Of a DNA stretch of 64,000 bases, positions 10,569-21,158 are shown piece after piece. Both the position numbers and the translations under genes were made by a program. The notes under the pieces were generated by a model. It saw nothing but the letters and a program-made list of their open reading frames with translations. It had not been told where the DNA came from and made no database searches. Location: positions 1,984,001 through 2,048,000 of the forward strand of contig OZ374557.1 of assembly GCA_977862235.1 (NCBI GenBank), given 5' to 3'. The stretch is from Dudresnaya verticillata. Lineage: Eukaryota. The stretch's first letter is position 1. Every line of letters begins with the position of its first letter.

Positions 10569-12958
10569 GAGTTGCGGATGCCCGCTCGTCCGCCGCGCCC
10601 ATTCGCCGGGGACTGTCCAACGGGCGCGAACGCCTGAGGGTGGCGTTCGCTAGTGTGGGGTACCACATTGGGCGGTCCCTGGGGTCGACCTTGAGGACTT
10701 GCCTCATCGTATTGTGCCTGTGCTTTCGCCTTCATGTAAGACGTAGCCGGCACACGCTCGCAATCGACCGCACTGAGCGATTCATAATTGAGGATAATCC
10801 TCAGGTAGTCCTTCCATTCTAAGAAGCATTCGGGCGAAACATGCCCAGGCTTGTAGCTAATGTGACAGATGATTGTCTGCTTGGGACCGAATTTTCTTTA
10901 GGGATTTCCCCTATCTTGCCAGCCCGGCCGTGCGCGCGTCATCCCAGGCGAATGCTCCTGGTATGGGATGCGCGGGGCCGGGACTTGACGAGAGCGCATG
11001 AGAAGCGCGGTATCTTCGCTTCCGTAGGATTCTACTGGTGAGTCGGTAGGTGGGTCGGACGACAGCAGTGCCGCGTCTGGGTACAAAAGGTGCACCTCGG
11101 CATCCTGCTCGCCCACCTGCCTACGTGGAACTCCACTTCCGTCTCGAAATTCAATTGAAGACTCGGCCATCATGGCGGAATTCCCGCGGCTTGGACGACG
11201 TCCTCCTGAAGTTGCGGTACAGGCAGCGAGTTGGTCTTGTCCAGCGCGTGGTGCGCGACTTCTTCCACGGTGAGCTTCACCTTCATCTTGTGCGTAATGC
11301 ACTAGTCGTTCAAACGACAATTCATGACGGGGAGTTTCCTCTCGATACCGGGCGACCAGCGAGCGGATGCTCGGATCGAGACCGTCGATGAAGTACGTCA
11401 TCTTCTCCCATTCCTTGTGGACATTACCACATCGGTTACACGCTTTCGAGACTCGCATCCCGAAGCGTGTTTCCGATTCGCCAGCGTTCTGTCGCAGGGC
11501 GCGGAGCTCGAGGATTGCCTCACGTAGTGCGCTCGGTGTCGCATAGGTCCGCAGAAGATACTGCACCGCTTCCGGCCATGAGGATACTCCTCCATTAGAA
11601 CGGGACGGAGCGGCCTTTACGGAGCGGAACTGCGTAGCGGCGTTTCCGAGTAGGAAGTACGGCAAGGCGATAAACGTCTGAGCTTCCGAAATGTCGAGAG
11701 TGTCGGTCTCGTCGACTAGCCTGGAGAGAAACTCCAAAATCAACACAGGGTCTTCCCCATTAAAGGAACAATCCTCCATGGTTAACTCCAGTATTTTGAT
11801 CTGGTCCTTGATCTTGCCGGTCTGTCAGCTTGTACGGGATTGTTCCGTATTCTGTAGGCGGTAGTGCCTGTAGGACAGCAATTGATCGTACAAGGGGTTC
11901 GTTGGTTTCAGCTCCTTGAGGTACTTATACCGCGGCCCCTTGCGTCGTGTACCATCATTGCGACGGGGATTTCCCCAAACTTCTCCATCGGAGCGGTCTG
12001 AGTCCGAATTGTCGGAAGCCGACCGGGAGGAAGTTCCGTAACCTTGGCGGTGGTGACGGCGATTGCGGGTATTCCGCGTTGAGGTACGATGATGGTTTTG
12101 GCGTCGTGCCTCACGGCGGTGTTGACGGTAGTCGTCCTCATGAGGGTGGTCCGTACACCCGTAAGGGCAACTGTCCTTGGGGTAAGTGTCCCCATGTCGA
12201 GCGTGACTGTCGAATTCGACTTGTCTTCTGTTTGCGCCTCGGCCATCGGGAGGCAGGGGCGATTCGTGCTCATTGAGGCATATACCCTCTAGTCGCTCCA
12301 AACGGTCGGCAACCCGCGTTATGCGGTCATCGAGCGGGAGTTCCCCAGGTAAGCTTGGGGGGCTCGGACGGGGCCCCCTTACGGGAGGCGCCCCGTGTGT
12401 CTCGAGGAGGCGGTTGACGTCTCCTCGGAGAGTGCGGACCTCGACGGCGAGGTCCGCATGGTTATGTGGAGGATTCTCCAGTGCGAGGTCGACCCGAGCA
12501 CCGACCTCGTCGATGCGTTGGTTGACCAAAGCCAGGCTGTCCGTTATCTGACGCGACAGCCGGGCGGCAAACGCCTGGTCTTCCATGAGGCACACCTCTT
12601 GAATCGTGCTTCGGGGAATCGTAGTCCCGTGTATGAAGGCAACGCGAGGTGCTTCCTCTTGGACTGTGGTTAGCTCCACCGGAGGCGGAACGGATGCCGA
12701 AATCGGCGGTGGTGGATTGGGCAGCGGCGGCAGTGGTGCTGGGTGCTCGCCTTGGTCTTGGCCAGTCGGGAGAGTCCCGGCTGGGTCAGGAGGTACAATC
12801 TCCACCGAGGGGGGAATGCGAGGGACCCCCTCATTGGGCATTGCCGAAAAAGCGGCTTGGACCGCAGGACTTGCCTGCGCACGTGCACGCGTCACCATAT
12901 TGGCAGCAGTCTGCGTTGGTACAGACCTTGCCGATGACGGCTGTCGACGAGTGGGCAT
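10559..12958 (-). pseudogene. gag: gag of element A (in-frame stops near 11825 and 10898)
   Basis: Position between PBS and PR; capsid-like SWPEAVQYLLRTYA...LRQ...FIDGL; degenerate zinc knuckle ICHISYKPGHVSPEC near 10870-10830. Confidence 0.85.
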
Positions 12959-13050
12959 GGCACATAACTGCAGCGGAAAGGTGGGAACTAGAAGAACGGG
13001 AGTTCCGTAACGTAGGCGACGTAGTCAATCGGAATTTCCGAACTTCTAGG

Positions 13051-13061
13051 TTGGGAGACCA
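13051..13061 (-). promoter_or_regulatory. Primer binding site of element A (TGGTCTCCCAA)
   Basis: TGG-starting motif 2 nt inside the 5' LTR; same core found in element B at 48665-48676. Confidence 0.85.
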
Positions 13062-13063
13062 AA

Positions 13064-13818
13064 TGTGGTGCAATCCACTTGGTAGAATCGAGGATGCACC
13101 TCAGGCGGTTCGGGGGCCTGGCGGTAGCAGGTGAGGTAGTAGCGGTAGAGCAGGGGAGTAGCCCCGTAGTGCGACTGTAAAACACTACAAGACCGGGAAA
13201 GGGGGTTTCCCTAGAAAGAAAGAGAAAACAAAGAAGAAATAAGAGAAAAAGCAGGATTCTGTACGATGAAGAAGGGTAGTGGATGTACTGGAGTCCAGCC
13301 TAGAGAGGGAGTCGATAGGGTAGGAGGGTACGTCTCAATGGGCCCAAGCTTGGCCGTTTACTGTACGAGGGCGCACCTCAGGGCCCTAATATACTATGTA
13401 GGAGGCGGGTGCGCCTTGGTGGCGGATTAAGGTAGTGGAAGGGGCGCGCGCCACTTGGCATTACGTGGCGTGGGCAAGTCTATAATTATCTACTAAAATA
13501 TCAACTGTCAGCCTGTTGGTAGTGTGGCTTGACAGTGTGCGTGTACGCGTTGTCGCCTTGCGGGGCCATCCTTGCTGGCAGGGGGCGTCGGGCACTGTCA
13601 GGCCGGGTGCCTTACAGGGGCACTTCCCCAGTGTCATTGCTGGTGTATACGCGTGGTGCCAGAGCTTATTACAGGAATTGGCTCTAAGCTCAGACATCCG
13701 CACAGCGGTTGATCCGCAGGAACCGGCCACTGGGCGTCCGTCGTCCGCGGTCGCGTGAGCCGCGGGTACGGCATTATGAAGAATTCTTCAGAAGGGCGCG
13801 AAGGCGATTTGCACCACA
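13064..13818 (-). repeat. 5' LTR of element A
   Basis: Direct repeat of 848-1601, flanked by the PBS and the TSD. Confidence 0.97.
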
Positions 13819-14927
13819 CACCGCTGTATTCCGCTTCGTGGGTCGCAAAATCCCAGAGAGAGTGCGGTTTACCGCTTGCAAAGGTGTTAACACCCACAGC
13901 TCCGCGGCATTCGCTGCGGGCATCTTCGCAAGGGAACACCCCGTATTGTAGCAGCTCTGCTGCCAAGATGGCGCCAGCGCTTCAAGCCACCACGCATCTA
14001 TTGCGTCGTGGGTGGCTGTGGGTTAACCCATTTCTGTCGTGTCACGCACGCCGGTTGTGCAGAGCACAGCAGTATCGCGGTTAACCAATGCTGGGATGCG
14101 GGGGAAAGCCCCAGGCGTGCGGAAAGCCGCATTCGGGTACGCGTGCGCGAGTACGCGTACAAACTGCGGCTCGACGACAAAGACGTTGGGAACGCCCCGA
14201 GCAATGCAAGTACGCAATTCGTGTGGCAGACCACTTTCCCCGCGGTCCGCACAGTCCTGCACAGGGGCCACGGTTGGTGTTCACACCTTTAGTCTGTGTT
14301 CACACATGCTTGGCAGTCGCCATTCGGGCTTTCCCGCATTGCGTACGCCACCGGAGCTGCCGCGCGACAGGCTCTCGTCGGACACGCTCTAGCTCCCCCC
14401 GAAAGGAGTGGGACGGCGACGCCACTAGTCGGGTGAACCCGTTTTTGCACGTGTACAAGCGCGCTTGAACGCGAAGTAAGCGTGTGAACACAAGCATGGT
14501 GCGCGGCGTGGCGAGCTTGGTTGGTCGCTTTCGACTTTGCGCTTTGCGCTCGCCGGGTTTGCATCAAAAAGCACCCAAACACGAGTTAACTCGCAAGGCA
14601 GCCGAAATGTTTCATACACCCCCTTTATATGGGGCAAATATGACAAACAGCCGCATGGTGACAAGAGAGGCCGCAGCGACCCCTAGAGGGGCCGAATCAC
14701 CCCCAGGGACCACGGTTACTGTAAGGAATGCTTCGACCGGTCCGGACCGGTGGGTCCATGTGGGTTCCGATCGGTCCAGTTGGAGGACCATTCGGTCCAT
14801 CTTTTGGACCACTTGGGCAGAAGTAGATAATATCCTCCGGCCAAGTTACGACGTTACTGATGTCTTCTCTCCGACAATCCTACTGGTTGTTATGCCTTCC
14901 CGTGTTCCGCGCTTAGCCGGGGGGAGG

Positions 14928-15690
14928 TGTAGTGCAACGATATTGCCCCTTTTCGTGTTACCACGTGATCAGCGCGTTACTCGCGAAGGCGTACACACGT
15001 GTGCTTGTTAGGTAGCACACGTGGCCACGCCGGCCCACTTCGGACGCGCGCAGCCCATTCTGGGCCTGCCCGTGCGCGCTCCTATTACTTACGTTTCCCT
15101 TTACAGTAGTCGACACTCAGTGTACACTAGGTACACTGAGGTGTCAGTGTTAGTTTATTGTGGGTAGCGTATGGTAGCCCTAGCTATCCTACCGCCGTGG
15201 CCAGGTACTTAAGGCGAGTAGCGCCGGCCACCCTCAGTAAACCAACCTAAAGCATGGGCTCTGCAGCTGAGTTCCCCCGCTCCTGACCCACGAGCTCGTT
15301 GCTCGGCGTCACCGCGGGCTAAGGCTAGCGCAACCCGTGCCAACCGCCTGCCCGACGCTCCCTACGCGAACCTCCCTGCTGCTCCTCCCCGCGCCGCGCT
15401 CGGCTCCCTTCATTTCCCCCGTTTCTACCTCTCCAGCACACCCCTTCTGGTCCTCCCCTTATCCCTTCATCCTCCCTTCACCTTTGGCATCTACGCCCCT
15501 TCACTGGTGTTTACACCTACTTTTGGCGCCCACGCCCACACACAACCCGACGGTGTTTACAGTCCGCCGCCGGATTGCTTCCTAGCTCTACCACCGCGTT
15601 TACGTGATACTCACGCGTGATCGCGCAGCTACCCTCCCGAGCCCGAACTCTCGGGGGTGTTCTACAGCCGCGTACGGCCATTGCACCACA
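14928..15690 (+). repeat. 3' LTR of a related gypsy family (plus orientation), internal part mostly lost
   Basis: TGTAGTGCA...TGCACCACA termini; preceded by PPT GGGGGGAGG; contains the shared CAGTAAAC and GTTTACAGTCC motifs. Confidence 0.8.
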
Positions 15691-16074
15691 GCTTTGGTAG
15701 CTCGAGGGAAAGGGGGTTGGTAGAGAATTGGGAAAAAGTCACAAAGCTTAGGAAGAAGGGGAGAAAGGGGAAAGAGGCGGTGCCACCCTAGGGCACGCAG
15801 AGTACGCTATCTTGCGTGTTTAGAGCGCTTAAAGCACCTGAAGGAAATTGTACGGTGAGTCCGTGAGTTCCAGAAAACACAGAAACCCCAAACCCCCGTG
15901 GGGTTCTATTCAGGAGGCACCTGCTACTCAAGGGCCTATTAAGTAAGGCAGAGCCGGAAATACTCTTACCTCCTATTGTCTATTCCAACCTATTCTCGCT
16001 GTAATTATTAACGTAATAAATATTGCTGGGCTCGCGTCCTCGCGACGCTTTCAGCTCCTGCTGTCTCACGTGGG

Positions 16075-16660
16075 CGGGGGCCAGCGGCTGTGCCGTTTCC
16101 GACGCCGAACAGCGTGGCCACAGTGGGCTCTTCGTTTACGACGGTACCTTCTAACGGTGATATGGTTATGGCGAGTGCAGTTGATACAACGCCCGCGACG
16201 ATGGTGAATCCTGGAGCATTCCAAGGCGATTGTTACTCCACCCACGCCGCAAGCACCGAACGTTCTGAAACCGCCCGTGGCGAAGGGAAAAGACACTCTA
16301 TTGACGCCCAAGGCGATTGCGTTGCGCCCGACGCCGATGGCGGAAAGGACTTCGCGTTCGACGACGACGGAGACCACAGCGGTAATCCCAACGCCCAAGG
16401 TGCTTGACGAGTCCAATATTTCGCCTAAGGCGCAGGTCCACACTGTGGCCGAGACGAAGACTGTGGCTGGGGCCTCACGGCCCGCAACCACATCGCCTGG
16501 TCCAGCTCCTTCGTCTCCGAGGGATGATGATGGCTACGAAGCGGCCGTCCGCGAGTCCGCCGAGAGCGACGCTGCCGGTGACTTATTTTCGCCGAAGGCG
16601 GTTAAGGGTAGTGATTAACTTCTCGTCTTCGAAGAGTTCGCGCACGCGAGAGTGCCTTTG
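16075..16660 (+). pseudogene. Fragment of the C-terminal part of the antisense extra ORF (fourth copy)
   Basis: Clear nucleotide and peptide similarity to 19180-19740 (LLTPKAI, TSPGPAP..P.DDDGYE.AV.ESA, PKA.KGSD). Confidence 0.8.
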
Positions 16661-16851
16661 ATGGGCTTGGTCGCTCCTCGCGAAGCAACGAAAGCGGGGA
16701 AGGGTAGGCGTCTAACGACGGAGACTGCAATGTCGCCGTAATCGTAGAGTTAGAGAAAGTAGTGGGGGCGATGTTCCCGGAGGCATATGCGAATAAAACA
16801 TCCCTAAACTCCGTTACTGTCGTGCCAGCCTTACTGATCCACTGTAGTCGC

Positions 16852-17688
16852 TGTCGTGCAAACGTCGTCTAGAGACGGAAAACACCTCCGGGCCGTTCGG
16901 GAGCCCGGTGGGTAGCCACTGGTGGCGAACGTGACAGAGCAGTTTGAAAACGCCTAGGGCGGACTGTAAACACCCAAGGTGAGAGAGAAAAGGGGCAAGT
17001 AAACGCAAAGGAAAACACGTTAGCAACGGTGTGAACGTGGAAACACGGATAGGTAGACGCTTATGCTTCCGGGCCGCGGTAGGGTGCGTACTGTCGCGGC
17101 GCAAGGGAAGTCCAGACCCAAACCGGCTTACCAGGGCTTTACTGCTACGTTTTAGACGAGGTACCTCAGTAATGCTATGAGGCTGCGGCGCGGCCGCTGC
17201 ATGACGTGGTGCGCGGGAACCCGGAACGCGTCTCGCGTGGAGGTGCGTCTGACACGTCCCTGGACAGTGCAGCCTCTGTACGCCGGCGCATGCGTCTTAA
17301 AGAGGCGCGCTTGCGCGGTGCTTATAGGCAATCCGGATTGGGATCGCGATTGGCACCGTATTACAGGCGCCCTTCCGTTACAGTGGATCCCGATGTCCGA
17401 TCCGGATATCGGATCCAGATTCAATCGGGATCCGGGCCAAATTGACAGTCAACCCGCTTACACCTCGATGATCCCGATGCATCATCCCGATCGGCTCTAC
17501 AGCGTTGTGCCGTACAGTGCATCGGGCTCTAGCGGCGCGGGGTTGTGGGGCCCGCGTGTCCGGAGGCCAATCGTCGATGAGGTGTTCGCGTCAACGGCTA
17601 GTGAGCCGTTTCAGGCGACCGTCCGTCGGTCGACGCAGCCCTTGACGCCCATGGCGAGGAAATAGGTGCCCGGCCCCCGTGCGCTACA
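16852..17688 (-). repeat. 3' LTR of a truncated gypsy element, followed by its PPT
   Basis: TGTCGTGCAAACG...GCGCTACA; similar to LTRs at 48679 and 58115; C-run (minus-strand PPT) at 17689-17698 as in element A. Confidence 0.8.
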
Positions 17689-18039
17689 CGACCCCCCGCT
17701 TAGACACGAACACATCCATCGACCTAGTCGCAGTACTCAACTTTCAACAGCAGTACGGTCTCGGCGTCAGCCGCGACTCCGCTTGCGTCGTGTGCTTCCT
17801 CTCGTCGTTACCGCTTTGCGGCCAGTCATCCTCGCTCGAAGCGTTCGTTCCGCTTTCAGCGTATTCCCCGCCTGTGGCGTGTGTGACAGTGTTGCCAGGC
17901 GGCCGCTCGCTTCCGTCGTTGACGTTCGGCGAGTCTCGTCCAAGGTGCGCATGTTATCCCCTCGTCGGCGACGTTATTTCGCTCGACGTTGAGTCCCCTA
18001 TCGTCAGTGACGTGTTCGTAAGTTCCCGTCGTTGACGTT

Positions 18040-19737
18040 ATGCCGCAGTACGATGGGGCGCAGATTGCGCCCCCTTCATTGATGCCGGTATACCCGTCAC
18101 TGCACGACTATGTCAGAAAGAGCCCGCGTAACCACGCGCGCATCTTTGTGAGGGCGCCGTGGTTCGACCCGGCCACGTTGGGAAACGAAGCGCTAATTGT
18201 GCATTATGCCATCGGAGACATGTTGCCGGGGAAGTCGCCCTGGCTGTCGTCTATTCGACGGAGTGGGGAATGAGTTGCGTGGTTCCGAAAGAGTGGGTGT
18301 CCAACATCGCTTATGCGTGGTTGTGGGAGGTGTACGATACCTCCCCGATGTACTACCTCCCACCACGTATCGTAACGTTTTTCAACGATTTGGACCTCAC
18401 CGAAACGCTCGGCAGTCAGCGGAACCTCCGGCAATTCTGCGGCTTACGCCAAGTGGCGAGTGAGAACGACTGGGATAACCCCGCGGTCGTCCCTCTGGAA
18501 AACAGCCGCCGGAAGGCGAATCCTCCGCGTTTCGCGATGAACCGCAGCCATCACACTTGTGTTGACTGGACTTCGTACAACCCTTGGACCAAATGTCAAA
18601 CGACGGAAAGCATTGCTGAACGTTATCGACGAACTGACCGGTTTGAGCCGTCGGGTCACCCTCGTGGGCTGCTGCCATCGTGCGACTTTGTCCGAGATTT
18701 TCCTCCGCACTTAGCCATCCTAACGGACGAAGAGGACGCCTTTCACGCTACAAGCGCAGGGGTACACACGTCTGGGACGGGCTTCGCGACGCCTATGGCG
18801 GTTGAGCCGACAGCTCCTGCTGTAGAACGGCCTTCGGCGTCGGACGTGGCGACTTCGGCTGGGCCGTCTCATACGCCAGCGGCGGTTGCTCCCAACGAAG
18901 GGAATATATCCGTCGCTGACGAGGATGGTGACTCTTTGATGGCTGTCCCGGTGCAAGCACCGGCAACCCCAGCACCAGCGCCCTCCTTTGTTCCGAACGT
19001 CCAAGACGGTGATGCAATATCTTTGGCCGGGCCAACGTGGAGTTACGCGCAGCGCGATGCCGTCCTTTCGCTCCTGCGGGCCGCAGGCGTCGAGCCTAGC
19101 GACCCGAGTGGCTCGCCCTCGGGTTGGTGGGCTCGCGCCTTGGCGACGGTTCCGGCTCCGGCGGCAACGCCCGCGCGGGAGCCAATGGCTCTGCCGGTTG
19201 CGGTGGCGAATGGCGTGACCGCCGTGGGACCTTCGTCTACGACGCTGCCTTCTAATGGCGACGCGCCTACAGCGAGCACAGTTGTTCCAACGTCATCGAC
19301 GGCGGAAGTTCCCGCAGCGCCTAAGGCGTTCATTACTCAACCCGCGCCGAAGGCGGTTAAAATTCCGAAGGCGCCTGGCGCGAAGGTCAAAGAAGCCCTG
19401 TTGACGCCTAAGGCGATTGTATTGCGCGACGCTGGTGGCGGAAAGTACTTCGCGGCCGCCAATGCCGGCGGCCACAGAGGTTACCCTCACGCCCAAGGCG
19501 ACCAACGAGCCTAACATTTCGCCTGAGACGCAGGTGGACGCTGTGACCCAGGCAGCGATGGTGGCTGGCGCCTCGCGGCTTGCGGCCACGTCGCCTGGTC
19601 CAGCTCCTACGTCTCCAACGGATGATGATGGTTACGAAACGGCCGTTCTCGAGTCCGCCGTAGGCGATGATGCTGGCAACTTAGACCCGCCGAAGGCAGC
19701 TAAGGGTAGCGATGGACTTCCGTCTTCGACGACTTGA
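18040..19737 (+). pseudogene. Second copy of the antisense extra ORF (frameshifted, internally deleted)
   Basis: APW...GNEALI...LPGKSP and AWLWEVYDT...DLDL...DWD...CVDW..YNPWTK...GHPRG align with 1677-3440; same position relative to LTR and PPT. Confidence 0.85.
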
Positions 19738-20418
19738 ACACGCATTTGAGCGAATTCAGAATATGATTTTCAAAACAGACTGGAGTCGAATAGCTATGTT
19801 ATGATACCTTTGAAAAGGGGAGTGTCCCCTGCGTATAGTAGTGAGATTCGATTGGCTAACGGACTATTCCTTCCAAAGTTATGGCGGTTTGCGTGAAGTT
19901 GCCCAAAATATTTCCAAGTATTCTGAATTTCAATTTCCTTGCGTCGATTTGGCCCTCGCGGGCCACCCCGCGGTCCGCACTGGGCCAAATTGTAAATTGC
20001 CGGCCCGCGGCATGCCCTGGCCGCGCGCGCTGTATGCGCGCCGCATCGTCCATCTGGCCCGCACCGCGCGTGCTCGGCGCCGCATACAGACTGCCTCGTC
20101 GCCCGTCTGGTGCACCCTTTTCACAGTGCTGCGCGCGCGCAACTGGCCAAGGCAAACGTATGGAAACGCATACAGACTGCCTCCTCATTCTTTTTTGCAC
20201 CGCCCCGCTATGGCCGTGTCCATGCCCTCCTGTCGCGGGGGCCCTCCCGCATGCAATCTCTGATTCCGGGTACCATCACACCGTCAGCGCTCTCTAGCCA
20301 TTGCGATGCGGGCCTCCGCCGCGCGACGCCTTTCCGCGATGCCAAAGGCCACTTCCGCACCCCAGACAATCCCAACCAACCTCCGCAGCTCACCGCCCTC
20401 CCCCGTCATTCTCCTCTC

Positions 20419-20468
20419 CCCTACGAGAATCATACCGAGCATTACACGGGTAATTAACGGGTAATCGG
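20419..20468 (+). repeat. Left imperfect TIR with ACGGGTA subterminal repeats
   Basis: 17 of the first 21 nt match the reverse complement of the right end; two ACGGGT units in register. Confidence 0.85.
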
Positions 20469-20772
20469 ACACCTACCGGCTACCCGTTGAACACCCGCCA
20501 TTTGCCGCCAAATTTGACACCGCTTAGCGCACCGCATTGTCGTATTAGAGAATGTTTCAAACCCCGGTTTATATTTGAGACAGCGGGAATTCGAAATTGG
20601 GCGACACATCATTGCATCTTGTTCGCACACTTGGATACTCCGGATACACTGATCTTCAAGTTTATGACAAATATTTCTCGATAACCCTGCCGCGCGTGAC
20701 ACTTCATCCACGTCGGCGCCGTGACGCAGAAGGGTCACAACGCAGTCTTGCGTTGCGACCGACAGCACCCCT

Positions 20773-20861
20773 CCCGCTCACCGCCGCCCGTTCACCGCCT
20801 ACCCGCTCACCGCCCCCACACTCACCGCCCCCACGCTCACCGCGCCCCGCTCACCGTCCCC
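20773..20861. repeat. Minisatellite, six copies of a 14-15 bp unit with TCACCG core
   Basis: TCACCG at about 20778, 20792, 20807, 20822, 20837, 20851. Confidence 0.9.
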
Positions 20862-21158
20862 GATTCCAACACGGCCAACGCTTCTAGCGATCCGAACTCC
20901 AGCTCGGCTAGCAGCCCGAACGCCGGATGAGTACCGCACAGTGCGCGTACTTGGTCAGGCACAGGCAACCATCTCACTGCGGAACCAACCCCGCTGCTCG
21001 TCAAATGGTCTTCATGGTCCACCACCAGCGGCTCTGCACCTCCTCACACCCTCAATGTGAGATCCGGTTGCGTTGAGGTCTCTACTCACGTGAGGGTACC
21101 CTGTCTCACTGCACATCAACTAGCTCCGTCACCACCGAATCCCTCAAACCCTCCCTCA

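Larger units (their letters stand above)
848..13818 (-). mobile_element. Element A: full-length Ty3/gypsy chromovirus-type LTR retrotransposon (coding region lesioned)
   Basis: Paired LTRs 848-1601 and 13064-13818, both TG...CA; 5-bp TSD CACCG at 843-847 and 13819-13823; PBS and PPT present; domain order gag-PR-RT-RH-IN-chromodomain on the minus strand. Confidence 0.97.

Noticed and set aside
20773..20861. CRISPR-like array
   Set aside because: Units are 14-15 bp with no unique spacers; no cas genes; eukaryotic context
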